64,000 nucleotides of DNA from contig OZ242210.1 in NCBI GenBank assembly GCA_965206315.1, forward strand, positions 2,343,560-2,407,559, in the 5' to 3' direction. A program made the translations under genes and the position numbers. Positions 41,153-50,416 of the stretch are shown here, one piece after another. The notes under the pieces were generated by a model. That model was not told the DNA's origin. It did no database searches and was given only the letters and a program-made list of their open reading frames with translations. Source of the stretch: Dehalococcoidia bacterium. GTDB taxonomy: Bacteria; Chloroflexota; Dehalococcoidia; Lucifugimonadales; Australimonadaceae. How positions within the stretch are numbered: the first letter of the stretch is position 1; each line of letters opens with the position of its first letter.

Positions 41153-42583
41153 CTACGTGAACTCCGGCGGGCGGTGCTCCGCCCACGGATGCGCCGCCTC
41201 GAACGCGGCGGACGCCCGCAGCAGCGTCGATTCCTCGCCCATGCGTCCCACGAGCATCAGCCCCACGGGCAGGCCCTCGGCGGTGAAGCCGCACGGGATG
41301 CTGGCCGCGGGCCTTCCCGTAAGGTTTGCATGCAGGCAGAACGGCGTGAAGCCCCACGAGGGATGTACGTCCCGCCCCCCGATCGTCTTCGGGTTGCGCT
41401 CGACCGGGAACGCGGGGACGGCCATCGTCGGCAGGGCGAGGACGTCGTAACGCTCGAACAGTTCGTCGAACCAGTGGCGGTGCCACTCGCGCATGTGCAG
41501 CGCCTCGGCGTAGCGCGACGCGGGCCACGCCTTCGCGTCGGTGAGCCACTTCAGCAGCATCGACGGCAGGAAGTCGCCCTGGCCGCCCTCGATGGCCGGG
41601 CCGAGCGTGATGCAGAGGTCCGTGAGCATGAACGTCACGAACGCCCATATCGCGTCGTCCGTCGTGACTGCGGGCATGTCTTCCTCGACGCTCGCGCCCA
41701 GCTCCGCGAACGCCTCCGCGCCCGCCTGCGCGAGCCCCAGCACCTGCGGGTCGGTCGGCTGATCGTCCATCGCGCCGCCCCACGCGATGCGCAGGCCGTC
41801 CAGGGACGGCGCTTCGATCGCCGCGAGGTAGTCGCCCTGAGCCTGCCCCAGCGAGCGCGGGTCGCGGGAGTCCGGCCCGGCGAGGATGTCCAGGAGCAGG
41901 GCGGAGTCGCGCACGTTCGTGGACATCGGGCCGTTCTGCGACAGTCCTCCCCACGTAGCGTTCGCGGTGTAGTCGCCTGGCACCCGTCCCGCGCCGGGCT
42001 TGATGCCGTAGACGCCGCAGAAGCTCGCGGGGATTCGGATAGAGCCGCCGGCGTCACCGCCGTTGCAGAGCGGCACGAGCCGCGCTGCGAGCGCGGCGCC
42101 CGAGCCGCCGCTCGACCCCCCGGACGTGCGTGTGGTGTCCCACGGGTTGAAGCACGGCCCCGCGATGGTGCTCTCGGTCGTGCCCTTCCAGCCGAAGTCC
42201 GGCGTGTTCGTCTTGCCGACGATGATGGCGCCGCTCGCGCGGATGCGCTCGGTGACGATGTCGTCCTTCTCCGGGACGTTGTCGCCGAACAGCAGCGAGC
42301 CGAAGGTGGTGCGGATGCCCTTGGTGGCGTTGAGGTCCTTGACGCCGAAGGGGACGCCGTGCAGCGGCCCCAGCTCCTCGCCCGCGATGACTGCCGCCTC
42401 CGCGCGGTGCGCCTCCGCCATCGCCTGCTCCGGCACGGTGGTGATGAACGCGCGCAGCTCGCCGTCGTACCTCGCGATGCGCTCCAGGAAGTGCGCCGTC
42501 ACCTCGACCGGCGAGACCTGCCGCTCGCGGATGAGCGCGGCCAGTTCTGAGGCCGTGAACTCGGTGAGGTCGGTGCGTGCCAT
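41153..42583 (-). CDS. amidase (amidase-signature family)
   Basis: 3' part of ORF 41153..43345, starting at MARTDLTEF. Carries GVPFGVKDL, GGSSGGSGAALA and GGDAGGSIRIPASFCG. Confidence 0.85.
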   Translation of the reverse strand: MARTDLTEFTASELAALIRERQVSPVEVTAHFLERIARYDGELRAFITTVPEQAMAEAHRAEAAVIAGEELGPLHGVPFGVKDLNATKGIRTTFGSLLFGDNVPEKDDIVTERIRASGAIIVGKTNTPDFGWKGTTESTIAGPCFNPWDTTRTSGGSSGGSGAALAARLVPLCNGGDAGGSIRIPASFCGVYGIKPGAGRVPGDYTANATWGGLSQNGPMSTNVRDSALLLDILAGPDSRDPRSLGQAQGDYLAAIEAPSLDGLRIAWGGAMDDQPTDPQVLGLAQAGAEAFAELGASVEEDMPAVTTDDAIWAFVTFMLTDLCITLGPAIEGGQGDFLPSMLLKWLTDAKAWPASRYAEALHMREWHRHWFDELFERYDVLALPTMAVPAFPVERNPKTIGGRDVHPSWGFTPFCLHANLTGRPAASIPCGFTAEGLPVGLMLVGRMGEESTLLRASAAFEAAHPWAEHRPPEFT

Positions 42584-42588
42584 GTGGG

Positions 42589-43722
42589 CTACGACGCCTC
42601 CGCGAAACGCGCGGGGGAGAACGGCGAGATGTCGATGTCGCTCCTGCCGTTCGCTATCTGCTGCGCCATCGCCTTGCCCGAGATGATCGCGAGCGTGATG
42701 CCCTTGTAGCCGTGGCCGGTCGACAGGTAGAGCGAGTCCGTCCCCGGCACGGCGCCGAGAAGGGGCATCTGGTCCGGCGAGTAGGGGCGCAGGCACGCCG
42801 TGAGGTCGCGTATCGGCGCGTCGAGCACGTTCGGCGCGATGCGTATCACCGCTTCGAGGATGCTGTTCTGCGCCTCCATCGTGGGGTAGGGGTCGAACCC
42901 TGCTAGCTCCTCCGTCGTTCCCACGAGCAGGTCTCCGCCCGCCTTCGGGAGCACGTAGCCGGTCTCGTGGAAGATGGAGTGCGTCGGCATCGGGACGCCG
43001 TCCGGCGGGGCGAGGTGCACGATCTGCCCGCGCAGCGGGACCACCGGCACCTCCATGCCGAGCCACTCCGAGGTGTGCTGCGACCACGGCCCGTTCGCTA
43101 CGAGCACCGCGCCCGCCTCGATGCGCTCGCCTGACGCGAGCGTTACGCCGCACGCCCGCCCGCCGTCGCGCAGCACGCCGTTCACCTCGGCGGTGCGTAT
43201 CGACACGCCGCGCTTCTCGCACGCCTGCGCAAGCGCGATGGCGAACGGGTACGCCTCCAGCTGCTTCTCGACGGTGTATGCCGCGCCGAGCGCTTCCTCG
43301 GTGAGCCATGTGCCGAGCGAGCGCACCTGCGTCTCGTCGAGCCACTCGACGTCGATGCCGATCTCGCGCTGCCAGCCCATCTGCGCCTGCAGGTCGCGTG
43401 CCTCCTCCTCGTCGAGCGCGGGCCGCAGGATGGGGATGTCCGAGAAGAGGTAGTCGACGCCGGACTCGGCGACGAGCGTCTCCGCGATCTCTGTGTGCAT
43501 CCGGATTGCGTCCAGCAGGAAGCGTGTGTACTCGATGGAGTAGCGGTGCCTGCCGACCGCGCCCAACTCGCCCGCCGCGCCGCCGGACGCGCCGCTCGCG
43601 ACCGCGTCGCGCTCGACGATGACGGAGCGTATGCCGTGCTCCGCCGCGAGGAACCAGGCGGTGGAGCAGCCCATGACTCCGCCGCCCACGACAACGACGT
43701 CGGCAGTCCCGTTCGTGGTCAT
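42589..43722 (-). CDS. FAD-dependent oxidoreductase (DAO / sarcosine-oxidase-beta-like)
   Basis: DVVVVGGGVMGCSTAWFLA dinucleotide-binding motif, and a DAO-family length and layout. Confidence 0.75.
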   Translation of the reverse strand: MTTNGTADVVVVGGGVMGCSTAWFLAAEHGIRSVIVERDAVASGASGGAAGELGAVGRHRYSIEYTRFLLDAIRMHTEIAETLVAESGVDYLFSDIPILRPALDEEEARDLQAQMGWQREIGIDVEWLDETQVRSLGTWLTEEALGAAYTVEKQLEAYPFAIALAQACEKRGVSIRTAEVNGVLRDGGRACGVTLASGERIEAGAVLVANGPWSQHTSEWLGMEVPVVPLRGQIVHLAPPDGVPMPTHSIFHETGYVLPKAGGDLLVGTTEELAGFDPYPTMEAQNSILEAVIRIAPNVLDAPIRDLTACLRPYSPDQMPLLGAVPGTDSLYLSTGHGYKGITLAIISGKAMAQQIANGRSDIDISPFSPARFAEAS

Positions 43723-44237
43723 GGGGCCACCGCCTCGCCCTGGTAGATGCCGGCGTACGGCGTCTCGGTGGCGTCGTCGAGCGTGAAGAAGACCATCTGC
43801 ACGATGCGGGCGTTGCGGGCGAGCGTGAGGCCGTGCGGGTTGTAGACGGCCACCTGTATCTGCGACCTGCCGGTGTAGCCGGCGTCCCAGACGGCGTTGT
43901 GCGCCGCGGCGCCGTTCCGGAGCAGCGTGGAGCGCGGCTTGGCGAGGGCCATGACGTGGCGGGGCAGGGCGACGGTCTCGTTCAGCCGCACCGCGTAGAC
44001 ACCCGGCTCCAGGTGCACCCAGCCGTGAGCATCGAACCCCAACTCCTGCGTCTCAGCGAGTACGCGGTCGCTGTTGCTGACGCCGATGCGGCCCGCGCCG
44101 GTGAACGCGGCGATGGACTCCAGCGTCATGTCGAAGCCGTTGGCCTGTAGTTGCTCGTCGATGTCCAGGAACCCGGCGATGAGCGGCGGGGTGTCTGAAA
44201 GCATGGCGCGTATCTGTTGCGATGAGAGGACGCCCAT
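43719..44237 (-). CDS. dCTP deaminase/dUTPase-superfamily protein (archaeal-type dUTPase-like)
   Basis: Start at MGVLSSQQI (M30 of the ORF). Carries ANGFDMTL, LEPGVYAVRLNETVALP, KPRSTLLRNG, AVWDAGYTG and ARIVQMVFF. Confidence 0.65.
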   Translation of the reverse strand: MGVLSSQQIRAMLSDTPPLIAGFLDIDEQLQANGFDMTLESIAAFTGAGRIGVSNSDRVLAETQELGFDAHGWVHLEPGVYAVRLNETVALPRHVMALAKPRSTLLRNGAAAHNAVWDAGYTGRSQIQVAVYNPHGLTLARNARIVQMVFFTLDDATETPYAGIYQGEAVAP

Positions 44238-44310
44238 GGGCGCGTGTCGACCTCGGCGGACGGGATGGTGAGCCAGACTATAGCAGCGCGGGGCAGGGCC
44301 GCCAAAGCGG

Positions 44311-44709
44311 TTACTCGGAGGCATCCAGGCGGTTCAACGGGCCTGGCCATTCGAGGAGGCGGCGGTCGGCGGTCAGGAGTTGATGGCCTTCGAGCGCCGT
44401 GGCAACGATGAGACGGTCTGCAGGGTCGCCGTGCAGGTCCGAAAGCAGACCGGCGCGGACCGCGATGCCGCCGTCTACGGGGATCTCATGCAGTCCCCGG
44501 CTGAGCATGTCGCGCCGCCAGGCGGCAACATCAAACAAGACGTGGAGCTGTCTCTTCTGGACGCGCATGGCTATCTCCCAGAAGGAGATGGGAGAGACCG
44601 CTGCGTCGTTCTCTTCGAACGCCTGCTCGGTCACTTGGCGGGCGCGTGGGCCCAATCTGCGGTCGCCCTCTTGTTGCCAGAGGAGGACATGTGTATCGAG
44701 GAAGATCAA
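44311..44709 (-). CDS. vapC: PIN-domain toxin (VapC family)
   Basis: LIFLDTHVLLW ... DPADRLIVATA. The probable TTG start at 44709 overlaps the antitoxin stop (TTGA). Confidence 0.7.
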   Translation of the reverse strand: MIFLDTHVLLWQQEGDRRLGPRARQVTEQAFEENDAAVSPISFWEIAMRVQKRQLHVLFDVAAWRRDMLSRGLHEIPVDGGIAVRAGLLSDLHGDPADRLIVATALEGHQLLTADRRLLEWPGPLNRLDASE

Positions 44710-44987
44710 AAGAGGTCGTCGTCGCTGCCGTCTTTTTCGAACCATTCCGCCGGCATCGGTTCGACGATGTCGGCATAGGTCTTGATCAGGCCCCGCATCT
44801 CGCCGAAGACCAGTTTCCGTTTCTCACGGTAGGGAATAATCCGGGAGACAGGGCGCCCGTTCTTGGTGATAACTATCTCCTGGCCGCTCTCCGCGACTTC
44901 GTCCATCAGTTTGAGGCACTTCGCCTTGAACTCCGACGCCTTGATGGTGCGGACGCCGCCGAGCGTTGTCTCGTCGCTTGCAGTCAT
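44706..44987 (-). CDS. Phd/YefM-family antitoxin
   Basis: IKASEFKAKCLKLMDEVAESGQEIVITKNGRPVSRIIP is the Phd/YefM N-domain pattern. Confidence 0.7.
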   Translation of the reverse strand: MTASDETTLGGVRTIKASEFKAKCLKLMDEVAESGQEIVITKNGRPVSRIIPYREKRKLVFGEMRGLIKTYADIVEPMPAEWFEKDGSDDDLF

Positions 44988-45149
44988 GGGATTCCTCCTC
45001 GATGCCCGCCATTAGCGTACCATAGTCAATGACCATGGTCATCTTCACGCGGCTTCCGTCGTTCAGTTCTCCCCACGCCGCAGACTATAATGACCCGACC
45101 CCGCCTCTGGCCCCGCCGCGCGCGGTGAGCCAGGACCCCAGGAGCCAGT

Positions 45150-46082
45150 GTGGACTTCGACATCACGTTTCGCGGCCTCGTCCTCTTCGGCCTGGAGATA
45201 CGTTATTACTCCCTGGCGATCCTCGCGGGGCTGCTCGCGGGCATCGTGCTGGCGCAGCGCGAGGCGAAGCGCCTCGGCGAGAATCCGGACCACGTGCTGA
45301 ACATCGCGGTGCTCGGCGTCGTGTTCGGCCTCATCGGTGCCCGGCTCTACCACGTCATAGACCTGTGGAGCTTCTACTCCGAGAACCCCGGGCAGATATT
45401 CGTGTTGCGCGCCGGGGGCATCGGCATCTTCGGCGCCATAGCGGGCGCGGCGTTCGCGCTCGCGCTCTACGTCTGGTGGGTCAACCGCCGGGCCCGAGCA
45501 GGACGGGGACAGCGCATCCGCGCGCTCCGCTGGTTCGACATCGGAGCGCCCGCTTTTCTGTTAGGGCAGGCCGTCGGAAGATGGGGCAACTTCTTCAACA
45601 AGGAACTGTACGGGCCGGAGACGAGCCTCCCCTGGGGCATCCCCGTGGGGCCGGAGCACCACTTCCCGTGGGACTCGGGCGCGGCGGCGTATTTCCACCC
45701 GCTCTTCCTCTACGAATCGCTGCTCAGCTTTCTCGGCGTCATCGCGCTGCTGTGGGTCGGCCGCCGCTTTGGCAACAGCCTGCGGCAGGGAGACCTGCTC
45801 TTCCTCTACTTCATCTGGTATGCGCTGGAGCGCTCCGCGCTGGAGTTCATGCGCATCGACAATTGGAAGGTGGGCGACGTGCCGGTCGCGCACCTCGTCT
45901 CCGCCGCGATGATCGTCATCGCGCTCCTGGCGCTCTTCCTCTGGCGCAGACCGCCGTACCTCGCTTCGGGAAGGGACGACGCCCGGCGGGCCGACAGCAG
46001 GCCGGTGGAGCAACCGGCCGCCCGCTCGCGGTCAGCGGAGCGGCGGGCGCGCCGCCGGACGCAGGGGTCGGACTCGGAGTAG
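45150..46082 (+). CDS. lgt: prolipoprotein diacylglyceryl transferase
   Basis: IRYYSLAILAG, IGARLYHV, GGIGIFGAIAG and GQAVGRWGNFFNKELYG (Lgt signature). It has a basic C-terminal extension. Confidence 0.9.
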   Translation: MDFDITFRGLVLFGLEIRYYSLAILAGLLAGIVLAQREAKRLGENPDHVLNIAVLGVVFGLIGARLYHVIDLWSFYSENPGQIFVLRAGGIGIFGAIAGAAFALALYVWWVNRRARAGRGQRIRALRWFDIGAPAFLLGQAVGRWGNFFNKELYGPETSLPWGIPVGPEHHFPWDSGAAAYFHPLFLYESLLSFLGVIALLWVGRRFGNSLRQGDLLFLYFIWYALERSALEFMRIDNWKVGDVPVAHLVSAAMIVIALLALFLWRRPPYLASGRDDARRADSRPVEQPAARSRSAERRARRRTQGSDSE

Positions 46083-46208
46083 TCGTCCCGAACGGCGTGC
46101 CGAGCCCGATAGACGAGGATGTCCTCTTGCCGGACAATAAGAGCGACAGTTCCACTGCATGAGCCGGATGGCAGGTGAAGAGTTGGCGCCCGAAGGCGAG
46201 GTGAGCAT

Positions 46209-46448
46209 ATGACGGACTGGAGCAAGTGCCCGGCGGTCGAGAGTGTGCCCGGCAAGGTAAGCGGCAACTGGGTGTTCACCGGCACTCGTCTGCCGGTTTA
46301 CGCCCTGTTCGAGAACCTTGCGGCTGGTGCGACGGTCCATGACTTCGTCGAATGGTTTGATGGCGCGAAAGAGTCCGAGGTGAAGGCGGTGTTGGAGCAC
46401 GTGGCGCAGGAACTCCGAGCCAGGGCCGCCCATGCGAATCCTGTTTGA
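46209..46448 (+). CDS. DUF433-domain protein (putative antitoxin)
   Basis: VSGNWVFTGTRLPVYALFENLAAGATVHDFVEWF matches the DUF433 pattern (G.P.I.GTRIPV..I...L..G.S). Confidence 0.6.
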   Translation: MTDWSKCPAVESVPGKVSGNWVFTGTRLPVYALFENLAAGATVHDFVEWFDGAKESEVKAVLEHVAQELRARAAHANPV

Positions 46449-46767
46449 CAACGGGACGCCCCGGCAGCTGCGCCTCCAGCTCTTCGGGCACGATGTCGAT
46501 CTGGCCTCCGAACGTGGCTGGGAGACCTTGGGCAATGGGACCTTGCTGGATCGTGCTGAAGAGGCGGGCTATCAGATTCTCCTGACCACTGACCAGGGCA
46601 TCAGATACCAGGAGAACATGTTGGGCAGACGAATGGCCGTGCTCGTCCTCATGAACACGGCGTGGCCTCGCATAGCCCGGCGAACGGAATCTATCCGCAA
46701 TGCCATCGATGGGATACGGCCTGGGGAAGTGTTGGAAGTTCCTATCCCGATGAGGGATGAAGCATAG
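46432..46767 (+). CDS. DUF5615 (Mut7-C/PIN-like) protein (putative toxin)
   Basis: MRILFDNGTP...GHDVDL...LLDRAEEAGYQILLTTDQGI. Overlaps the DUF433 gene by 17 nt. Confidence 0.55.
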   Translation: MRILFDNGTPRQLRLQLFGHDVDLASERGWETLGNGTLLDRAEEAGYQILLTTDQGIRYQENMLGRRMAVLVLMNTAWPRIARRTESIRNAIDGIRPGEVLEVPIPMRDEA

Positions 46768-46774
46768 CGCGGCC

Positions 46775-47530
46775 TCAGGCGGTGCTGTCTGTCCTGGTTC
46801 CATCGCCCAGCTCTGACGCGGCCACCCGGTCGAGCATCCACGTCAGCGTACCGTCGTGCGGCGCGACGAGTGCGGCGGGCAGGAGAGCTTCGCCGTCCGC
46901 CGGGTGCAGCGCGAGCCGCAGTGCCTCCGCCTTGTCCTGCCCCTGCGCGAGGAAGACGACGTGCCGCGAGGAGTTGATGAGCGGCAGCGTGGCCGTGATG
47001 CGCCAGGCGTCCAACTGCGGCACCCGGTTGGCTGCGAAGAGCCGTTCGCGCTCGTCGAGTGCGCTCGTACCCGGGAAGAGCGACGCCGTGTGTCCGTCGG
47101 GGCCGATGCCGAGCAGCAGCAGGTCCGGGCGTACCGGAGCATCGCCGAACACGCGTCGCAGCCCATCCTCGACGGCGGCTGCGGACTCGTCCGGGGAGAG
47201 GTCCTCCGTCGGCACGGGGATGATGTTCGCTTTGGTGGCGGGGCCGTGGGCGAGCAGCGCCTCGGTTGCCATCCGCTGGTTGCTGTCCGGGTGGTCGGTC
47301 GGCGCCCAGCGCTCGTCGCCCCAGAACACGAACGTGGCGCGCCACGGCATGGCGGTCGAGTAGGGCGGTTCAGTGAGTTTCCGGTACAGCGCTTCCGGCG
47401 TGCCGCCGCCGGAGAGTCCCCACACGAAACGCCCGCGCTCGCGCACCGCCTCCTCTGCTGACGCCAGCACGAGGTTCGCCGCGGCCTGCGTGAGGGCGGC
47501 GGGAGTGGGGAAGACGCGCACGTCCGGCAT
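46775..47530 (-). CDS. pgl: 6-phosphogluconolactonase
   Basis: GLSGGGTPEALY and FWGDERWAP are motifs of the 6PGL/NagB family. Confidence 0.85.
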   Translation of the reverse strand: MPDVRVFPTPAALTQAAANLVLASAEEAVRERGRFVWGLSGGGTPEALYRKLTEPPYSTAMPWRATFVFWGDERWAPTDHPDSNQRMATEALLAHGPATKANIIPVPTEDLSPDESAAAVEDGLRRVFGDAPVRPDLLLLGIGPDGHTASLFPGTSALDERERLFAANRVPQLDAWRITATLPLINSSRHVVFLAQGQDKAEALRLALHPADGEALLPAALVAPHDGTLTWMLDRVAASELGDGTRTDSTA

Positions 47531-47537
47531 GGTGCCG

Positions 47538-48446
47538 CTAGGACTGGCGCCTCACGGCATGCCCGCCGAACTGGTTGCGCATGGCCGCGAGCAGCCTGAA
47601 GCCGAACTGGGTCTCGTCGCGGGAGCGGAAGCGCGCCTGGAGCGCCATCGAGATCACCGGCAGCGGAACCGCAAGCTCGATGGACTCCTCCACCGTCCAG
47701 CGTCCCTCTCCGGAGTCGTCCACCCACGGTACGATGCCCGACAGGGAGTCGTCCTCTTCGAGCGCCGCGGCGGTGAGGTCGAGCAGCCATGAGCGTACGA
47801 CGCTCCCGTGCCGCCATATCTCGGCTATCTGCGCGACGTCGAGGTCGAAGCTCTGCTTGGCGCGCATCAGCTCGAAGCCCTCCGCGTACGCCTGCATGAG
47901 CCCGTACTCGATGCCGTTGTGCACCATCTTCACGAAGTGTCCGGCGCCGAGCGGCCCGACGTGGGCGTAACCCTTCTCCGGCGTTGGCGCGAGCGTCCGG
48001 AACACGGGTTCCACCAGTGCGACAGCCTCCTCGCTGCCGCCCGCCATGAGGCAGTAGCCCTCCGCGAGCCCCCATATGCCGCCGCTGACGCCGGCGTCCA
48101 CCATCTCGATGCCCTTGCGCCGCAACGACTCGCCGCGCCGCATCGAGTCGTTGTAGTTCGAGTTGCCGCCGTCCACCACGAGGTCGCCGGACTCCAGCAC
48201 GTCGCCAAGCGCGGCGACCGTCGCCTCCGTCGGGTTGCCGGACGGCACCATCACCCAGACGACGCGGGGCGCCGGCAATGCCTCCACGAACCCCTCCAGC
48301 GAATCCACGACCTCGCAGCCGGACGCCGCCGCTGCCTGGCGCGTGTCCGGGTCGCGGTCGTAGGAGACGACGCGATGCCCGCCCCGGCGCAGGCGTTCGG
48401 ACATGTTGCCCCCCATCCGTCCCAGCCCCACCATGCCGATGTCCAT
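47538..48446 (-). CDS. gnd: 6-phosphogluconate dehydrogenase, short (about 300 aa) decarboxylating type
   Basis: Start at MDIGMVGLGRMGGNM (M13 of the ORF). Carries DGGNSNY, GVSGGIWG and KMVHNGIEYG. Confidence 0.85.
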   Translation of the reverse strand: MDIGMVGLGRMGGNMSERLRRGGHRVVSYDRDPDTRQAAAASGCEVVDSLEGFVEALPAPRVVWVMVPSGNPTEATVAALGDVLESGDLVVDGGNSNYNDSMRRGESLRRKGIEMVDAGVSGGIWGLAEGYCLMAGGSEEAVALVEPVFRTLAPTPEKGYAHVGPLGAGHFVKMVHNGIEYGLMQAYAEGFELMRAKQSFDLDVAQIAEIWRHGSVVRSWLLDLTAAALEEDDSLSGIVPWVDDSGEGRWTVEESIELAVPLPVISMALQARFRSRDETQFGFRLLAAMRNQFGGHAVRRQS

Positions 48447-48483
48447 AGCGTTCCTCCTTGTTCCGTTTACACTCCCGGCCACG

Positions 48484-48510
48484 CTGGATTTCCCGCCTGC
48501 GCGGGATGAC
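48484..48510 (-). repeat. repeat module C core (inverted)
   Basis: 'ctggatttcccgcctgcgcgggatgac'. Confidence 0.65.
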
Positions 48511-48537
48511 GGAGGGAGTCGCGCGGGTTGCGCCGGA

Positions 48538-49656
48538 TCAGCTGCGCGCCTGGGCCAGCAGGCCGCACTTCGCCTCGATGCTCTCCAGCAGTTGCCGGTA
48601 GGAGCCGGCGAACGCGTCCACGCCGTCGCTGAGCAGCTTGTCCGTGACGGCGTCCATGTCCACGCCCGCGTCCGCGAGCGCGGAGAGGATGGCGTTCGCC
48701 TCCTGCCCGGTGCCCTCCAGCGTCAATGCGGAGACGCCGTGGTCCAGCGTGGCCTGCAGCGTGTCGGGCGGCATCGTGTTAACGGAGTCGGGGCCGATCA
48801 GGTTGTCGACGTAGAGCGTGTCGGGGTAGGCGGGATTCTTGGTGCTCGTGCTCGCCCAGAGCGGACGCTGCACGGCTATGCCGTGCCTCAGCATCGGGGT
48901 GAAGTCCTCCCGGGAGAAGCGCTCCTGGAAGAGCGCGTACGCGGCTCGTGCGTTCGCTACCGCCGCCTTGCCCTGCAGCGACGGGTCTGCGCCGCGCTCT
49001 TCGAGGACCTTGTCGACCGCCGTGTCCACGCGGCTCACGAAGAACGAGGCAACGGAGGCGGCAGGCCCGCTCCAGATGCCCCGGTTTTCGCCCCGCTGCA
49101 CGAGCGCTTTGCAGCCTGCTACGTAGGCTTCCATCACGCCACGGTAGGCGTCGAGCGAGAAGATGAGCGTGACGTTGACGTTGATGCTTTCGGTGATGAG
49201 CCGCGTGATGGCCGGCAGGCCCTCAGGCGTTCCGGGCACCTTGATCATCACGTTCGGCTCGCCCACCGCTCCCCACAGACGCCGCGCGTCCCGTACGGTG
49301 CCTTCGGTGTCGTAGGCGAGGGTAGGGGCGACCTCGAGCGAGACGAAGCCGTCGCGTCCGCCGCAGGCGTCGTAGACGGGGCGGAGCGCCTGCGCGGCGG
49401 CGCGGATGTCCTCGACCGCGAGCGCCTCGAATATCTCCGTCGGGCTCTTCCCCTCGTTCGACAGCCTGGCAAGCGCCTCGTCGTAGTCGGAGCTGCCGGA
49501 GATGGCCTTCTCGAAGATGGTGGGGTTGGACGTGAGACCGGTGACGCCGTCCTCCACGAGCCGCCTCAACTCGCCGTTCACCAGCATGTTGCGGCTGATG
49601 TAGTCCACCCAGGTGGACTGCCCGAGCGCAAGGTTCCGGCGGATGGTGTTCTCCAT
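48538..49656 (-). CDS. tal: transaldolase
   Basis: 3' part of ORF 48538..50178, starting at MENTIRRN after a GGAGG RBS. Carries TSNPTIFEKA, FVSLEV and IKVPGTPEG. Confidence 0.9.
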   Translation of the reverse strand: MENTIRRNLALGQSTWVDYISRNMLVNGELRRLVEDGVTGLTSNPTIFEKAISGSSDYDEALARLSNEGKSPTEIFEALAVEDIRAAAQALRPVYDACGGRDGFVSLEVAPTLAYDTEGTVRDARRLWGAVGEPNVMIKVPGTPEGLPAITRLITESINVNVTLIFSLDAYRGVMEAYVAGCKALVQRGENRGIWSGPAASVASFFVSRVDTAVDKVLEERGADPSLQGKAAVANARAAYALFQERFSREDFTPMLRHGIAVQRPLWASTSTKNPAYPDTLYVDNLIGPDSVNTMPPDTLQATLDHGVSALTLEGTGQEANAILSALADAGVDMDAVTDKLLSDGVDAFAGSYRQLLESIEAKCGLLAQARS

Positions 49657-49685
49657 GATGCTGCCTCCTGATGTCACTCGTTGGT

Positions 49686-50147
49686 TCACGTTCCCGCTGC
49701 AGCCTTGCGCTCCAGCGCCTTCACTTTCTCCAGCCTGCGGACGTGGCGCTCCTCGCCGGTGAACGACGCTCCGAGAAAGGCTGCGATGACCTCCCTGGCC
49801 GTCTCCGGTCCGATGACGCGCCCGCCGATGCAGAGCACGTTCATGTCGTCGTGCTCCACTCCCTGGTGTGCCGAGTAGGTGTCGTGGCACATCGCGGCGC
49901 GCACGCCCGTAACCTTGTTCGCCGCGATGCTCGCGCCGACCCCGCTGCCGCAGACGATGACGCCGCGCTCCGTCGCGCCGTCGGCGACAGCCCGCGCGGC
50001 GAGCGCGGCGAAGTCGGGGTAGTCGTCGTCCGGGTCGTATTCGTGCGCGCCGAGGTCGAGCACGTCGTGGCCCCAGGCGCTGAGCATCGCGGCAACGTCG
50101 GTCTTCAACGTGAACCCCGCGTGATCGGCTGCTATGGCTATGCGCAC
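49686..50147 (-). CDS. rpiB: ribose-5-phosphate isomerase B
   Basis: VRIAIAADHAGF, VCGSGVGASIAANK and RAAMCHD. GTG start at 50147 (153 aa). An alternative ATG lies at 50201. Confidence 0.85.
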   Translation of the reverse strand: MRIAIAADHAGFTLKTDVAAMLSAWGHDVLDLGAHEYDPDDDYPDFAALAARAVADGATERGVIVCGSGVGASIAANKVTGVRAAMCHDTYSAHQGVEHDDMNVLCIGGRVIGPETAREVIAAFLGASFTGEERHVRRLEKVKALERKAAAGT

Positions 50148-50416
50148 TCCTGCTCCTGGCGCTTCGTCTTCGGTGCACGCAGCATCGCCGCGTACACCCA
50201 TATCGTAGCAGCAGTTCGGGTCGCGGGGGTTAACGGTTCCATCCGGACGGACCAGCCGACTCCTTGGGAATGCCGTCCGCACAACGCTTAAGCGATGCCG
50301 TCGTTGGGCGCATTTTCGCGCTCTCGAAGACGGTTGGGCGAACGAAAATATGTGCAAAGCGCAACCATCTGCTCTTCTGAACAGACGCTGCGCAAATGCG
50401 GGAGTGGTAGGGAGGA

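Noticed and set aside
39876-41954. 692-aa minus-strand ORF
   Set aside because: Antisense to the ECF sigma and anti-sigma pair. Its 3' part is out of frame with the real amidase gene. It is Arg/Gly/Pro-rich filler.
42584-43345. N-terminal extension of the amidase ORF (730-aa version)
   Set aside because: The extension overlaps the FAD-oxidoreductase gene in another frame. The amidase homology and a sensible start begin at 42583.
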